Positions 30,112 through 39,216 of a DNA stretch of 64,000 nucleotides are shown here, in pieces. Source of the DNA: Verrucomicrobiota bacterium (lineage in GTDB: Bacteria > Verrucomicrobiota > Verrucomicrobiia > Opitutales > Cerasicoccaceae); NCBI GenBank assembly GCA_039818205.1, contig JBCBUK010000007.1:32001-96000 (forward strand), written 5' to 3'. Position numbers and translations under genes: made by a program. Below the pieces are notes generated by a model, which had not been told where the DNA came from, did no database searches, and was given only the letters and a program-made list of their open reading frames with translations. Within the stretch, counting starts at the first letter, position 1. Each line of letters begins with the position of its first letter.

Positions 30112-32457
30112 ATGAATTTCGACAAAAACGATCATCGTATTACCGCCTATGCTCTCGGGGAACCCCTCGATCAAGAAGCGCAGGCTTTCATCGACCAGCA
30201 CAAAGATCTGGAAGAATTTCACCAAGCAGTGGCGGACATTCGCGCTACCGCCAAAGCGATCGAACGAACGTTCAGCTTGGAAGCGACTCGGGGCGAAGCC
30301 GTAAGCGAGGCTTCTGTCCTGGAACAACTGAACCAGCAACCAAGTAGGAATGGCCATGGGGAAACCACCGCTTCCAAGCTGTCTCGGTTCGTCGTTTTCG
30401 GTAGCGCGATCGCCGCTGCTTTAGCCCTGATGCTTCTCGTGCAATCGACCATCGATCCAAGCAGTCAACCATTCGGTAGCTCCTCCTCAGTTGAATCCGA
30501 TAACTCTGAGTTGATCGTTTACGAGGAGATTCGGGTCACCATTCCAAGGGAGTTAATTGAAGGAACACCTCAACCAATCAAGGTACCCAACCTTGAGCCA
30601 GCTCCGACCGAGCCACCAAAAATCGTAGTCGCTCTAAAACTGCTGGAAGAACCTGAATCAATCGATCTGGAGTTTCCAGAAGGCGCAGATATATACCTTG
30701 GTTTCAAATCTGAAGATAAGCCGGCCATCGAAGCCGAAGCTCCCGCGATGCCCTATGCGGCTCCAGCGACCAAACCAATGACTGTCATATCGGCGAATGA
30801 ACTCGCCGCATCTGGCGCGCACCTCGAAGAAATCAGAAGACAGAGCGCAGCTTCGGTCGACTTCATGACTTCGAACGATTTCAGTAAATTCTCTGCTGAT
30901 GGTCTCGCAGAACCTTCAGCAGAACCCAAAAGAGAATTAGGAGTTCAAAACGGTTGGAGTTCCACTAGCGAATCAAAGGCCAAGGACGCGGGGTGGAACC
31001 GTGAAGGCTACGACAGCATTGAAGAGAATGAGTTCATTGCACCAAAGGCGCAGCCGATTTCGACGTTCTCGGTAGACGTCGACACCGCGAGCTATGCAAA
31101 CACTCGGCGCTTCATTTCTCAGGGCAGTCTCCCACCGGCTGACGCCGTGCGGATCGAAGAGCTAATCAACTACTTCGACTACGCTTACCCAAATCCCGAT
31201 TGGAATGTCAATGCGCCCAAAGTTGGTCATCCATTTTCGGTAACCACCGAAGTCAGCTCGGCTCCTTGGAACCCCAAACACACCTTGGTGCGCATTGGTT
31301 TGCAAGGCTTTGAAGTCCCTTGGGATGAACGTCCGGCAAACAACCTCGTGTTCCTCGTCGATGTATCCGGTTCGATGGACCAATCCAACAAGTTACCCTT
31401 GGTCAAGCAAGCGTTGACCGAATTGATCCAACGCCTGGATCGTCGAGACCGCGTGGCGATCGTCGTCTATGCGGGTAGCAGTGGCCTTGCCCTTCCGTCC
31501 ACCACCGCCGACAACTACGAGACCATCGAGCATGCGCTAAACAACCTGCAGGCGGGTGGCTCAACCAATGGAGCTCAGGGAATCGAGCTCGCCTACGCCA
31601 CGGCCCAGAAGCACTTCATTGATGACGGCAACAACCGAGTGATTCTCTGCACAGACGGCGACTTCAACGTTGGCGTCAGTGATCGCGGTAGGCTTGTGAG
31701 CCTCATCGAAGAAAAGGCCAAAAGCGGGGTCTTCCTTTCAATCTGCGGATTTGGCCAAGGCAACTATCGCGACGGGATGATGGAAAGCCTGTCGAACAAG
31801 GGTAATGGCAACTACGCCTATATCGATACAGCCAACGAAGCCCGTAAGGTCTTTGGGGAAGACTTAACGAGCACCTTGCTCACGATCGCCAATGACGTGA
31901 AGATCCAAGTCGAGTTTAATCCTGCCAACGTTGGCGCATACCGACTCATCGGTTACGAGAATCGCAAACTTGCCGCGCAGGATTTCAACGATGACAAAAA
32001 GGACGCGGGCGAGATCGGATCCGGCCACTCAGTCACTGCCCTTTACGAAATCATCCCCGTTGGTATCGAATCGGATTTTTCCACGAGCACGGTTGACAAA
32101 CTCAAGTATGGCGAAAACTCGTTGAGCGCACCCGCAACATCCGACTCGGAATTCGCCAATGAGCTGATGACCGTAAAACTTCGCTACAAGCTGCCGGATG
32201 AAGATACCTCTACCTTACTATCCACAGTGATAAACAAACTGGACGGATCGACCGCAACCTCAGCGGATCTTCAATTCGCGTCTGCCGTTGCGGAATTCGG
32301 CATGCTCCTGCGCGATTCCCAGTTCAAGGGCAACTCAGACTGGGATTCGTTAATTCAGCGCGCTCGTCAATCAATTGGAAAGGATCCATCTGGAATCCGT
32401 TTGGAGTTCATCGACCTCGCTCGGCGTGCGCAAGGAATTGCGGAGCAGAACCAATAG
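30112..32457 (+). CDS. YfbK-like vWA/DUF3520 protein with anti-sigma-like N-terminus and TM segment
   Basis: ITAYALGE N-terminus, TM segment, STFSVDVDTASY, VRIEELINYF, MIDAS motif DVSGSM, TDGDFNVG, YRLIGYENR and DAGEIG. Confidence 0.88.
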   Translation: MNFDKNDHRITAYALGEPLDQEAQAFIDQHKDLEEFHQAVADIRATAKAIERTFSLEATRGEAVSEASVLEQLNQQPSRNGHGETTASKLSRFVVFGSAIAAALALMLLVQSTIDPSSQPFGSSSSVESDNSELIVYEEIRVTIPRELIEGTPQPIKVPNLEPAPTEPPKIVVALKLLEEPESIDLEFPEGADIYLGFKSEDKPAIEAEAPAMPYAAPATKPMTVISANELAASGAHLEEIRRQSAASVDFMTSNDFSKFSADGLAEPSAEPKRELGVQNGWSSTSESKAKDAGWNREGYDSIEENEFIAPKAQPISTFSVDVDTASYANTRRFISQGSLPPADAVRIEELINYFDYAYPNPDWNVNAPKVGHPFSVTTEVSSAPWNPKHTLVRIGLQGFEVPWDERPANNLVFLVDVSGSMDQSNKLPLVKQALTELIQRLDRRDRVAIVVYAGSSGLALPSTTADNYETIEHALNNLQAGGSTNGAQGIELAYATAQKHFIDDGNNRVILCTDGDFNVGVSDRGRLVSLIEEKAKSGVFLSICGFGQGNYRDGMMESLSNKGNGNYAYIDTANEARKVFGEDLTSTLLTIANDVKIQVEFNPANVGAYRLIGYENRKLAAQDFNDDKKDAGEIGSGHSVTALYEIIPVGIESDFSTSTVDKLKYGENSLSAPATSDSEFANELMTVKLRYKLPDEDTSTLLSTVINKLDGSTATSADLQFASAVAEFGMLLRDSQFKGNSDWDSLIQRARQSIGKDPSGIRLEFIDLARRAQGIAEQNQ

Positions 32458-32548
32458 CGAAGACCCATTACTAATCAGAGTAAAGCGATCGTCTAGTGGC
32501 GGCCTCGGCAGTGATACGGGGCCGCCTTTATAATCCTTATTTACCAAC

Positions 32549-33874
32549 TCAACTGTCATTGTCCAACTCGATCACCGCACCGTTTGCGATTACCGAACCA
32601 ACCCGTAACCCGCAGACATCATCCAGAAAAACCGGAGTCCGACAATCGGATTCAATCGACTCGATCACGACGTTTTCCAAGGAGACCCCATCCACGTGTC
32701 GCAAATAAAGGCCGTAGCTCGGCAACTGTTTGAGGCAATAGAACTCTGGCCAATGGTCTTTCACAACATCCAGTGTAAACTCGTTAACCTCACGTTGTTC
32801 CGCCATTGCTCGCGTTCCTCCGCCTGCGACAACAAAATGAACATCCCGAAGGGTGATGTCTGAAATTGAGTATCCCGGAAAACCGCTGATAAAAATTGCT
32901 GAGTGCACATCCCCCACTCGGTTATCGATCATCAGGTTGCAAAACGAAAAATGGTGCATCGTCGCCAGGGGCTCAAGAACACCCTCCGGCACCTCACGAC
33001 TCGCTCGTTGTTGACTAAAAGTCATGAAAATTGGCCGCGGTACATTTCGCATCACCAGATTCGAGAAGACCATATTTCGCATCTCGCCACCTTCACATTG
33101 CTGAATCTTGATACCGGCATCATCGATGTCGTGAAATGTGCAATTGCTGACGGCGACCGAATGGATGTCGCCACGCGAGAGCAATCCGATGCGCAGGCCC
33201 GCCCATTGCGTTGAAAAGATGCAGTTAGAAATCACGATATCCCGACAGGGATACTCCGGGCGGGAAGCCTGTAAACAAATGCTATCGTCACTGTTATCGA
33301 AGTTGCAATTGGTGACGCGGACATTGGTGCAACCGTCGAAGTCCAACCCATCGCCATTCAGGTTCACGCGGCTCGAAATCGTGATTCCCACCACTGATAT
33401 ATCATCGCAATACAAGAAGGCAGTCGTCCAAGCCGCCGGGTTGCTCAGACTAATGTTGTTCAACCGCATCTTTCTGCACCGCAGGAGTCTTAGCAACATG
33501 GGCCGTTCGTGAGGGAAATTCTCCTGGTGCCCATTTCCGTCAATCACTCCTTCGCCTTCGATGGCCACCGACTCCAAGTCTTCACCGTAGATCAGGCAGC
33601 GATCCAAACAGTCGGAATCTTTATACAAAAGCTTATACGTGTCGGTCGCATAGTCATCGACCAAGGGGCTTCCCAACAACGTCGTCCCGGGTTCAACTCT
33701 TAGGGTCACGAAACTCTTTAGGCGCAGGGTGCCGGTCAAATAGGCACCGCCGCCGCCAACAACAACGATGCCACCGCCCTGCGCCGAGCAAGTATCAATC
33801 GCTTGCTGAATCAATGGAGCGTTGTTGGTCACTCTATCGTTCTTGGCTCCGAAATCCTTTATATCGTATTGCAT
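32549..33874 (-). CDS. Glycoside hydrolase family 28-like (pectin lyase fold)
   Basis: IKDFGA, IQQAID, YLTGTLRLKS, NGDGLD and DDSICL motifs. No signal peptide from ATG 33874. Confidence 0.85.
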   Translation of the reverse strand: MQYDIKDFGAKNDRVTNNAPLIQQAIDTCSAQGGGIVVVGGGGAYLTGTLRLKSFVTLRVEPGTTLLGSPLVDDYATDTYKLLYKDSDCLDRCLIYGEDLESVAIEGEGVIDGNGHQENFPHERPMLLRLLRCRKMRLNNISLSNPAAWTTAFLYCDDISVVGITISSRVNLNGDGLDFDGCTNVRVTNCNFDNSDDSICLQASRPEYPCRDIVISNCIFSTQWAGLRIGLLSRGDIHSVAVSNCTFHDIDDAGIKIQQCEGGEMRNMVFSNLVMRNVPRPIFMTFSQQRASREVPEGVLEPLATMHHFSFCNLMIDNRVGDVHSAIFISGFPGYSISDITLRDVHFVVAGGGTRAMAEQREVNEFTLDVVKDHWPEFYCLKQLPSYGLYLRHVDGVSLENVVIESIESDCRTPVFLDDVCGLRVGSVIANGAVIELDNDS

Positions 33875-33925
33875 GGTCCTTTGGGGAAACGGAATAGCCA
33901 AAGGGTGCCCAGAAGTCCAGTTCTC

Positions 33926-34372
33926 TCAACGCTCTGCTTCACTCAACTGTTTTAACTTCTCCAGCGCATTGGGCCAACATGTCGTGAACATCTCAACGAA
34001 GGCTTCATCCGTTTCAGTTATGACCAACAAATGACATACTCGATCGACCTCCGTAATAGAGTACTCTTCGGTCGACCCAATCCATTTCGTTGCGTCATCG
34101 CTACTGGTATCTTCGGTACCATCGACACCCAGGATTGCAACATGACGAACACACAATTGCTTGTTGGCTTCAACGCATTCAACCAATGCACGCGTTCCAC
34201 CCATGTTTGGATCAACAAAATCAACGGTTTGACCTTCGACCCATTCACCCCAAAATTGCGAATCTGGAGAAAAAGCACTCGCCCAGGTTTGATAGTTTTC
34301 GGGTTCAACCAGAGCTGCCCAAACAGCACTCGCGGGCGCATGGATAACCGTTGTATGAGTCAGTGTTTTCAT
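33926..34372 (-). CDS. SRPBCC/START-like domain protein
   Basis: IHAPASAVWAAL...YQTWASAF at the N-terminus and WPNALEKLKQL at the C-terminus. Confidence 0.85.
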   Translation of the reverse strand: MKTLTHTTVIHAPASAVWAALVEPENYQTWASAFSPDSQFWGEWVEGQTVDFVDPNMGGTRALVECVEANKQLCVRHVAILGVDGTEDTSSDDATKWIGSTEEYSITEVDRVCHLLVITETDEAFVEMFTTCWPNALEKLKQLSEAER

Positions 34373-34448
34373 TAACCAACAAACTTAAATTAAAGATGGA
34401 TAGACTCTATCCGCAATTAACCAAAAAAGCAACGCCTGTCGCGCGAAT

Positions 34449-35234
34449 CTAAACCTGAGCTTTTGTCACAAAAACAACCGATTCTCCGGCTGTAAGCAGT
34501 TCCCCTTCGACATCAAATACATCGCGAAAGAGATCGTTGTTCAGCGTATCATGGATTGGGCCGGAAGCGAAGGTCTTCCCTTCGCTGAGCACTAAACACT
34601 CATCCGCATAAGCCAGAGCCAAATTAAAATCGTGCAGGATGCAGGCCACACCAACTCCGCGCGATGCCATTCGCTTGGCTTCGCGTAAACAGGCGTGTTG
34701 ATGCGCGACATCGAGGTTGTTAGTGGGTTCGTCCAGGAGCAGGTATCGTTGCTCTAACGAGCCCGCCACTGGCCAGATCTGGGCCAGGCAACGCGCCAGG
34801 TGGACTCGTTGTTGTTCACCACCAGACAATGTCATATAATGCCGATCAGCCAATTCATCAACGTCAGCATCCTTCATCGCTTCGTCCACAATTTCTGATT
34901 GCTCACGCGGCTCATAGGAACCGATGTGCGGCAAGCGCCCCATCTCCACGACTTCGCGCACGGTAAAATTGAAACCCAGGTTCGAGCTCTGCGCGAGCAC
35001 AGCGCGTCGGCTGGCCAAGTTCCGTGCCGAGTACTCAGTTAGCGGTTGCCCATCCAACACCACACTTCCGTGCTGTGGCTCCAATCCTCCACCTAACAGG
35101 CGAAACAAAGTCGTCTTCCCGGCACCATTTGGCCCAAGAATCGCCAGCATACGGCCTGGGGATACACTTACCGAGACATCTTCAAGGATCGACTTCGGGC
35201 CGTAAGCAAAACTCAATTTATTCGCGACAAGCAT
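34449..35234 (-). CDS. hmuV: Heme ABC transporter ATP-binding protein
   Basis: GPNGAGKT, LSGGEQQRVHLARCLAQIW and LLLDEPT motifs; operon context. Confidence 0.9.
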   Translation of the reverse strand: MLVANKLSFAYGPKSILEDVSVSVSPGRMLAILGPNGAGKTTLFRLLGGGLEPQHGSVVLDGQPLTEYSARNLASRRAVLAQSSNLGFNFTVREVVEMGRLPHIGSYEPREQSEIVDEAMKDADVDELADRHYMTLSGGEQQRVHLARCLAQIWPVAGSLEQRYLLLDEPTNNLDVAHQHACLREAKRMASRGVGVACILHDFNLALAYADECLVLSEGKTFASGPIHDTLNNDLFRDVFDVEGELLTAGESVVFVTKAQV

Positions 35235-35238
35235 ATCA

Positions 35239-36297
35239 CTAAACAGTCATTTGACGCCGCCCACCCAACAGCAACAACAAGAAAAACGGACCACCAAGTA
35301 AGGCGGTTAAAATTCCGATCTGCAACTCAGCCGGAGCCGCCACCGTCCGGGCAAAGGTATCAGCAATCAACAGCAGTAATCCCCCGCTGAGCGCACTCAC
35401 TGGCAACAGCAAGCGATGGTCCGGCCCTAAGCTAAGACGAACGATATGCGGAGCCACTAAACCAATGAATCCAATGATGCCTGAGAAGGCAACGGTCACG
35501 CCCACCATCAATGCACTCACGACGATGGCCAATTGTTTCACCCGGTTGACGTTTACCCCCAGGTGGTACGCCTCAAGCTCGCCAAGTAGGAATGCGTTCA
35601 ACGCTTGCCCCAGGCGCAAGGCAACGACCAGGCAGGGAGCCAGGATCACCAGAAGAATGCCGACGCTCGTCCAGGTTGCACCCGCCAAGCTTCCGAGAGT
35701 CCAGAACGTCACCGTCCGCAACTGATCGTCATTGGCCACCAAGGTGACGCATAGCCCAATCAACGCACCGGCGATCGCATTGATCGCAATCCCCGTAAGG
35801 AGCATGGACGCAACGTGAATTCGTCCACCAACTCGTGACAGCTGATATACCAGAAAAGTGACCCCAACGCCGCCGGCCATCGCCATCAAAGGGAGCAGCG
35901 CTAAGTCAAAAAAGTAACTGCTTATGCCGAACGCCGGGAACAACACAATTGCGACAACGGCACCCATGGCCGAGCCACTCGAAACACCGATCAAGCCCGG
36001 GTCTGCCAAGGGATTCCGGAACAAGCCTTGCAAAACTGCGCCTGAAACTGCCAGGCCAGCCCCAATCAAAACCGCCAGAATGATCCGTGGTAAACGGATC
36101 TGCCAAATCACGGAACTGGCCACATTGAGCTCCGGATTCTCGCGACCCAGTAACTTCTCAAACAAGACTGAAAGAACTTCGCCCCAACTGAGCTTCATTG
36201 CCCCGGTGCCCAACGAAATCCCCGCGGCCAGAAAAAGAACCGCGATCAGAATAACGTAAACCCACAGACGGCGAGCACCCTTAATACGCAAAGGCAT
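35239..36297 (-). CDS. hmuU: Heme ABC transporter permease (FecCD family)
   Basis: IRLPR, QGLFRNPLADPGLIGVSSG and GIIGFIGLVAPH motifs. Confidence 0.9.
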   Translation of the reverse strand: MPLRIKGARRLWVYVILIAVLFLAAGISLGTGAMKLSWGEVLSVLFEKLLGRENPELNVASSVIWQIRLPRIILAVLIGAGLAVSGAVLQGLFRNPLADPGLIGVSSGSAMGAVVAIVLFPAFGISSYFFDLALLPLMAMAGGVGVTFLVYQLSRVGGRIHVASMLLTGIAINAIAGALIGLCVTLVANDDQLRTVTFWTLGSLAGATWTSVGILLVILAPCLVVALRLGQALNAFLLGELEAYHLGVNVNRVKQLAIVVSALMVGVTVAFSGIIGFIGLVAPHIVRLSLGPDHRLLLPVSALSGGLLLLIADTFARTVAAPAELQIGILTALLGGPFFLLLLLGGRRQMTV

Positions 36298-36332
36298 CGG
36301 CTAAACAAAGAAGCGTGTTGAGATGAGAACGA

Positions 36333-37208
36333 CTATTGGCTAACCGAAGCAAAGAGCTGGTTCCAACGCGCAATAGACTCGGCCAGCCGCGGGCCGAAAG
36401 CAAGATCATCCATGGGCACGCCATGAACTGCGCCCGCTTGCACTGCTGCAAGCGAGCCCAGCATCGGCATTGAACGGAGAGCGTCAACCGTCGCCTGAGA
36501 TGCTCCGTGTTGATCCGAAATGCCAACCAGAATGATGTCTGGGTTGATCTCAATCAAACTTTCGAGTGAAAGGGTTTTGAATCCGTCAAACCCCGCCGCT
36601 CCATTCTTTCCGCCGGCCAACGAGATCAATGAATCCGAACGCGTTGCTTCGCCACCCGCGGTTCCGGGCGCTCCCAATGAGGGAGGTCGCAGAAAGAAAA
36701 CGACTACCGGCTTGCGGTCCCATGACGAACTCTCCGTACGCGCATCGCCTTCCGCTTCGCGAACCCGTCGGATGATGCCCTCTGCCTGGTCATCTCGATC
36801 CAGCTTCTTCGCAATCGCCTCCACCGATTGTTCCAATGCCTCAATGCTATTGGGCTCCGGACACCAAACCGTGGGAATCGCCAACTGCTTGAGGATCTTT
36901 TTTGCCGCCGGCGGGCCAAGCGATTCGGTTGTCACGACCAAGTCGGGGTCCATCGACAAGATTCCCTCTGGGGAAATATTTCTAATGTATCCAACCTGCG
37001 GCAAATCCTGCGTCGACTCCGGGTAAGTACTGCTAAGATCCACGGCAACCACCTGATCTCCAGCGCCCAACGCGTAGACGATCTCCGTTGCCGCTCCACC
37101 GACCGTCACAATGCGGTCGTAACGAGCACCCGAGGCAAGCTGGGAACACACCAATGGCATAAGAATCGAGACGATCGCGGTGAATTTTACATATTGATAT
37201 TGAGACAT
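36333..37208 (-). CDS. hmuT: Heme ABC transporter substrate-binding protein
   Basis: RIVTVGGAATEIVYALGA, VDLSSTYP and VGYIRNISPEGILS (heme-ligand Tyr). Start uncertain (ATG 37208 or TTG 37226). Confidence 0.88.
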   Translation of the reverse strand: MSQYQYVKFTAIVSILMPLVCSQLASGARYDRIVTVGGAATEIVYALGAGDQVVAVDLSSTYPESTQDLPQVGYIRNISPEGILSMDPDLVVTTESLGPPAAKKILKQLAIPTVWCPEPNSIEALEQSVEAIAKKLDRDDQAEGIIRRVREAEGDARTESSSWDRKPVVVFFLRPPSLGAPGTAGGEATRSDSLISLAGGKNGAAGFDGFKTLSLESLIEINPDIILVGISDQHGASQATVDALRSMPMLGSLAAVQAGAVHGVPMDDLAFGPRLAESIARWNQLFASVSQ

Positions 37209-37276
37209 AATTTCAAAAAGTTGCAATTTTCAGTTGACCCTCGCAAGCTTTTATTGTTCTTGAGTTCCATTCTCAC
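37200..37276. promoter_or_regulatory. Two Fur-like inverted repeats in the hmuT/hmuS divergent region
   Basis: TTGAGACATAATTTCAA (37200-37216) and TTGAGTTCCATTCTCAC (37260-37276); consensus TTGAGA-N5-TCTCAA. Confidence 0.5.
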
Positions 37277-37297
37277 TTACAAAACTAGCAAAACAGC

Positions 37298-38341
37298 ATG
37301 TCGAAACTACTTTCCTCTCCAATCAATGAGCGCTACCGCGATTTGATGAATTCCACTAAAGGCCTACGGCAACGCGACGCTGCTGAGCGTCTCAATGCCA
37401 CCGAAGCCGAACTTGTTGCCGCAAACTGCGGATGCGAATCCACCCAGCTCGATGTCAGCGACTGGATCTCATTTATTAAGGAGCTCAAGCTCCTCGGACG
37501 TGTGATGGTGCTAACTCGTAACGATCACTGCGTCCACGAACGAAAGGGTTGCTACGAATCCATTATTGGGCACGGGAAGCGTATTGGCCTCGTTACTGGC
37601 AAAGACATCGACCTGCGCCTCTTTTTTGAGGCATGGCAGTATGCGTTCGCGGTTACAGCGCCGGGTCGCGGTGGCAAAGCCCTGCAGTCCATCCAGTTTT
37701 TCGATCGCTACGGCAACGCCGTTCACAAGGCATACCCGCAGGAGAGCGATCGCCAAGGAGAATACGAAAGCCTCGTCGAGCGCTTCCGCGCAGCGGAGCA
37801 ATCGGATTCGATTCTCATTGATGCCAAGCCAGCGAAAACATCCCACCCGTCCCTTGAGGAGTCACAACAAGCAACATTCCTTGACGAGTGGGAGAAGCTA
37901 CAGGATACGCATGATTTCTTCCCACTTCTTGGCCGTTACGATGTTGGTCGGCTGCAAGCCATGGAGATTGCCGAGGGACGGTTTACCCGTCGCCTCGACA
38001 CTCAGGCGGCCCGGACCGTGCTTGAGCAAGCGCGTGATCAGGAAGTCTCGATCATGGTCTTCGTGGGCAATGATTCCGCAATTCAGATTCATACCGGACC
38101 GGTGCAAAAATTAGCCATCTCCGGAGAATGGTTCAACGTATTAGACCCCGATTTCAATCTACACCTCAACGAAACGGGCATCGCCAGTGCCTGGCACGTC
38201 ACCAAGCCCACCAAGGACGGCGACGTAAACTCACTGGAGCTCTACGACGCCGATGGTGAGATCATCGCGCAGTTCTTTGGAGCACGAAAGCCAGGAATTC
38301 CGGAGCGATCGGATTGGCGGCAAATCTGCGACGGTCTCTAG
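37298..38341 (+). CDS. hmuS: Hemin-degrading/trafficking factor HemS/HmuS/ChuS
   Basis: RDAA..L...EAELVAA, LTRN..CVHE.KG, IDLRLF, SIQFFD..G.AVHK, DTHDFF, IMVFVGN, QIHTG and FNLHL motifs. Confidence 0.93.
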   Translation: MSKLLSSPINERYRDLMNSTKGLRQRDAAERLNATEAELVAANCGCESTQLDVSDWISFIKELKLLGRVMVLTRNDHCVHERKGCYESIIGHGKRIGLVTGKDIDLRLFFEAWQYAFAVTAPGRGGKALQSIQFFDRYGNAVHKAYPQESDRQGEYESLVERFRAAEQSDSILIDAKPAKTSHPSLEESQQATFLDEWEKLQDTHDFFPLLGRYDVGRLQAMEIAEGRFTRRLDTQAARTVLEQARDQEVSIMVFVGNDSAIQIHTGPVQKLAISGEWFNVLDPDFNLHLNETGIASAWHVTKPTKDGDVNSLELYDADGEIIAQFFGARKPGIPERSDWRQICDGL

Positions 38342-38414
38342 GAGACCAACGCAGGCCCTTCACGGTCATCATGCTCCCAAATCTTTGACTCACACTCATC
38401 ACCACCAATCACTA

Positions 38415-38437
38415 TTGAGACTGAGACACTTTCTCTA
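38415..38437 (+). promoter_or_regulatory. Fur-like box upstream of the PEP-CTERM gene
   Basis: TTGAGACTGAGACACTTTCTCTA resembles the motif in the hmuT/hmuS intergenic region. Confidence 0.45.
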
Positions 38438-38448
38438 AAATAGCTTTT

Positions 38449-39153
38449 ATGGAAAACAAAACAACCATATCCCTCTTGGCTTTGCTGTCAGGATCGACTG
38501 CCTTTGCGACGCTTAACATTGGACTGCCCAATGGCTCGACCACTGAATCGTGGTCGGATCTAAACAGCACCAACTACACCGTCGAAGACGGCTACAACAC
38601 AATCGGCAATTTCGATGCCGGTTGGTCAACGGCAATCGCTTCGGACACCGGAACCGCCACGTTTGACAAACTCGCGGGTACCAACGGCTATCCGGCGAGC
38701 AGCTCAATATACAACTTCGAAGACTTTGCCCCACCCTTTTCGGAACCGGGCGTCTACTTCATCACCGAAGCTTCGCCGATCGCCGGATTGGAAACAGTCG
38801 TATTTCAAACCGACACGGTATTCTCGGATCCCTTCCCACAGCTTCCCGTGTTGAGCTATAACGGTGGCAGCCAAGAGTTGTCGGCAGATCTCACTGATAC
38901 AACGGTGGGTGGATTCAACTTTGCCGGTGACCAATCTCAGAATCTCTCTTTTCAGTGGGACCTCAGCAGCGTGGGCGAAAGCATCACCGATTTTGTTATC
39001 CAATGGCAGTCGCCGAACCACACGGCCAACTTTCAGATGCAATTGGATCAAGGCGACACGTTCGTTGGCGTGATTCCAGAACCATCGCACTATGTTCTTT
39101 TGACCAGCCTATGCGCTGGAACGCTATTGATGCTTCGCAGAAAGAGGTGTTAG
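38449..39153 (+). CDS. PEP-CTERM surface protein in the heme locus
   Basis: Signal peptide, IPEPSHY, TM segment and RRKR. Confidence 0.9.
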   Translation: MENKTTISLLALLSGSTAFATLNIGLPNGSTTESWSDLNSTNYTVEDGYNTIGNFDAGWSTAIASDTGTATFDKLAGTNGYPASSSIYNFEDFAPPFSEPGVYFITEASPIAGLETVVFQTDTVFSDPFPQLPVLSYNGGSQELSADLTDTTVGGFNFAGDQSQNLSFQWDLSSVGESITDFVIQWQSPNHTANFQMQLDQGDTFVGVIPEPSHYVLLTSLCAGTLLMLRRKRC

Positions 39154-39165
39154 TCGAATAATGCG

Positions 39166-39197
39166 CCTGCTGGCGGAAGTCAGCCACCGCCAGCAGG
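39166..39197 (+). other. Intergenic stem-loop without a U-tract
   Basis: CCTGCTGGCGG/CCGCCAGCAGG forms a perfect 11-bp stem. Confidence 0.6.
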
Positions 39198-39216
39198 TAC
39201 CAATTCCTACCATACC

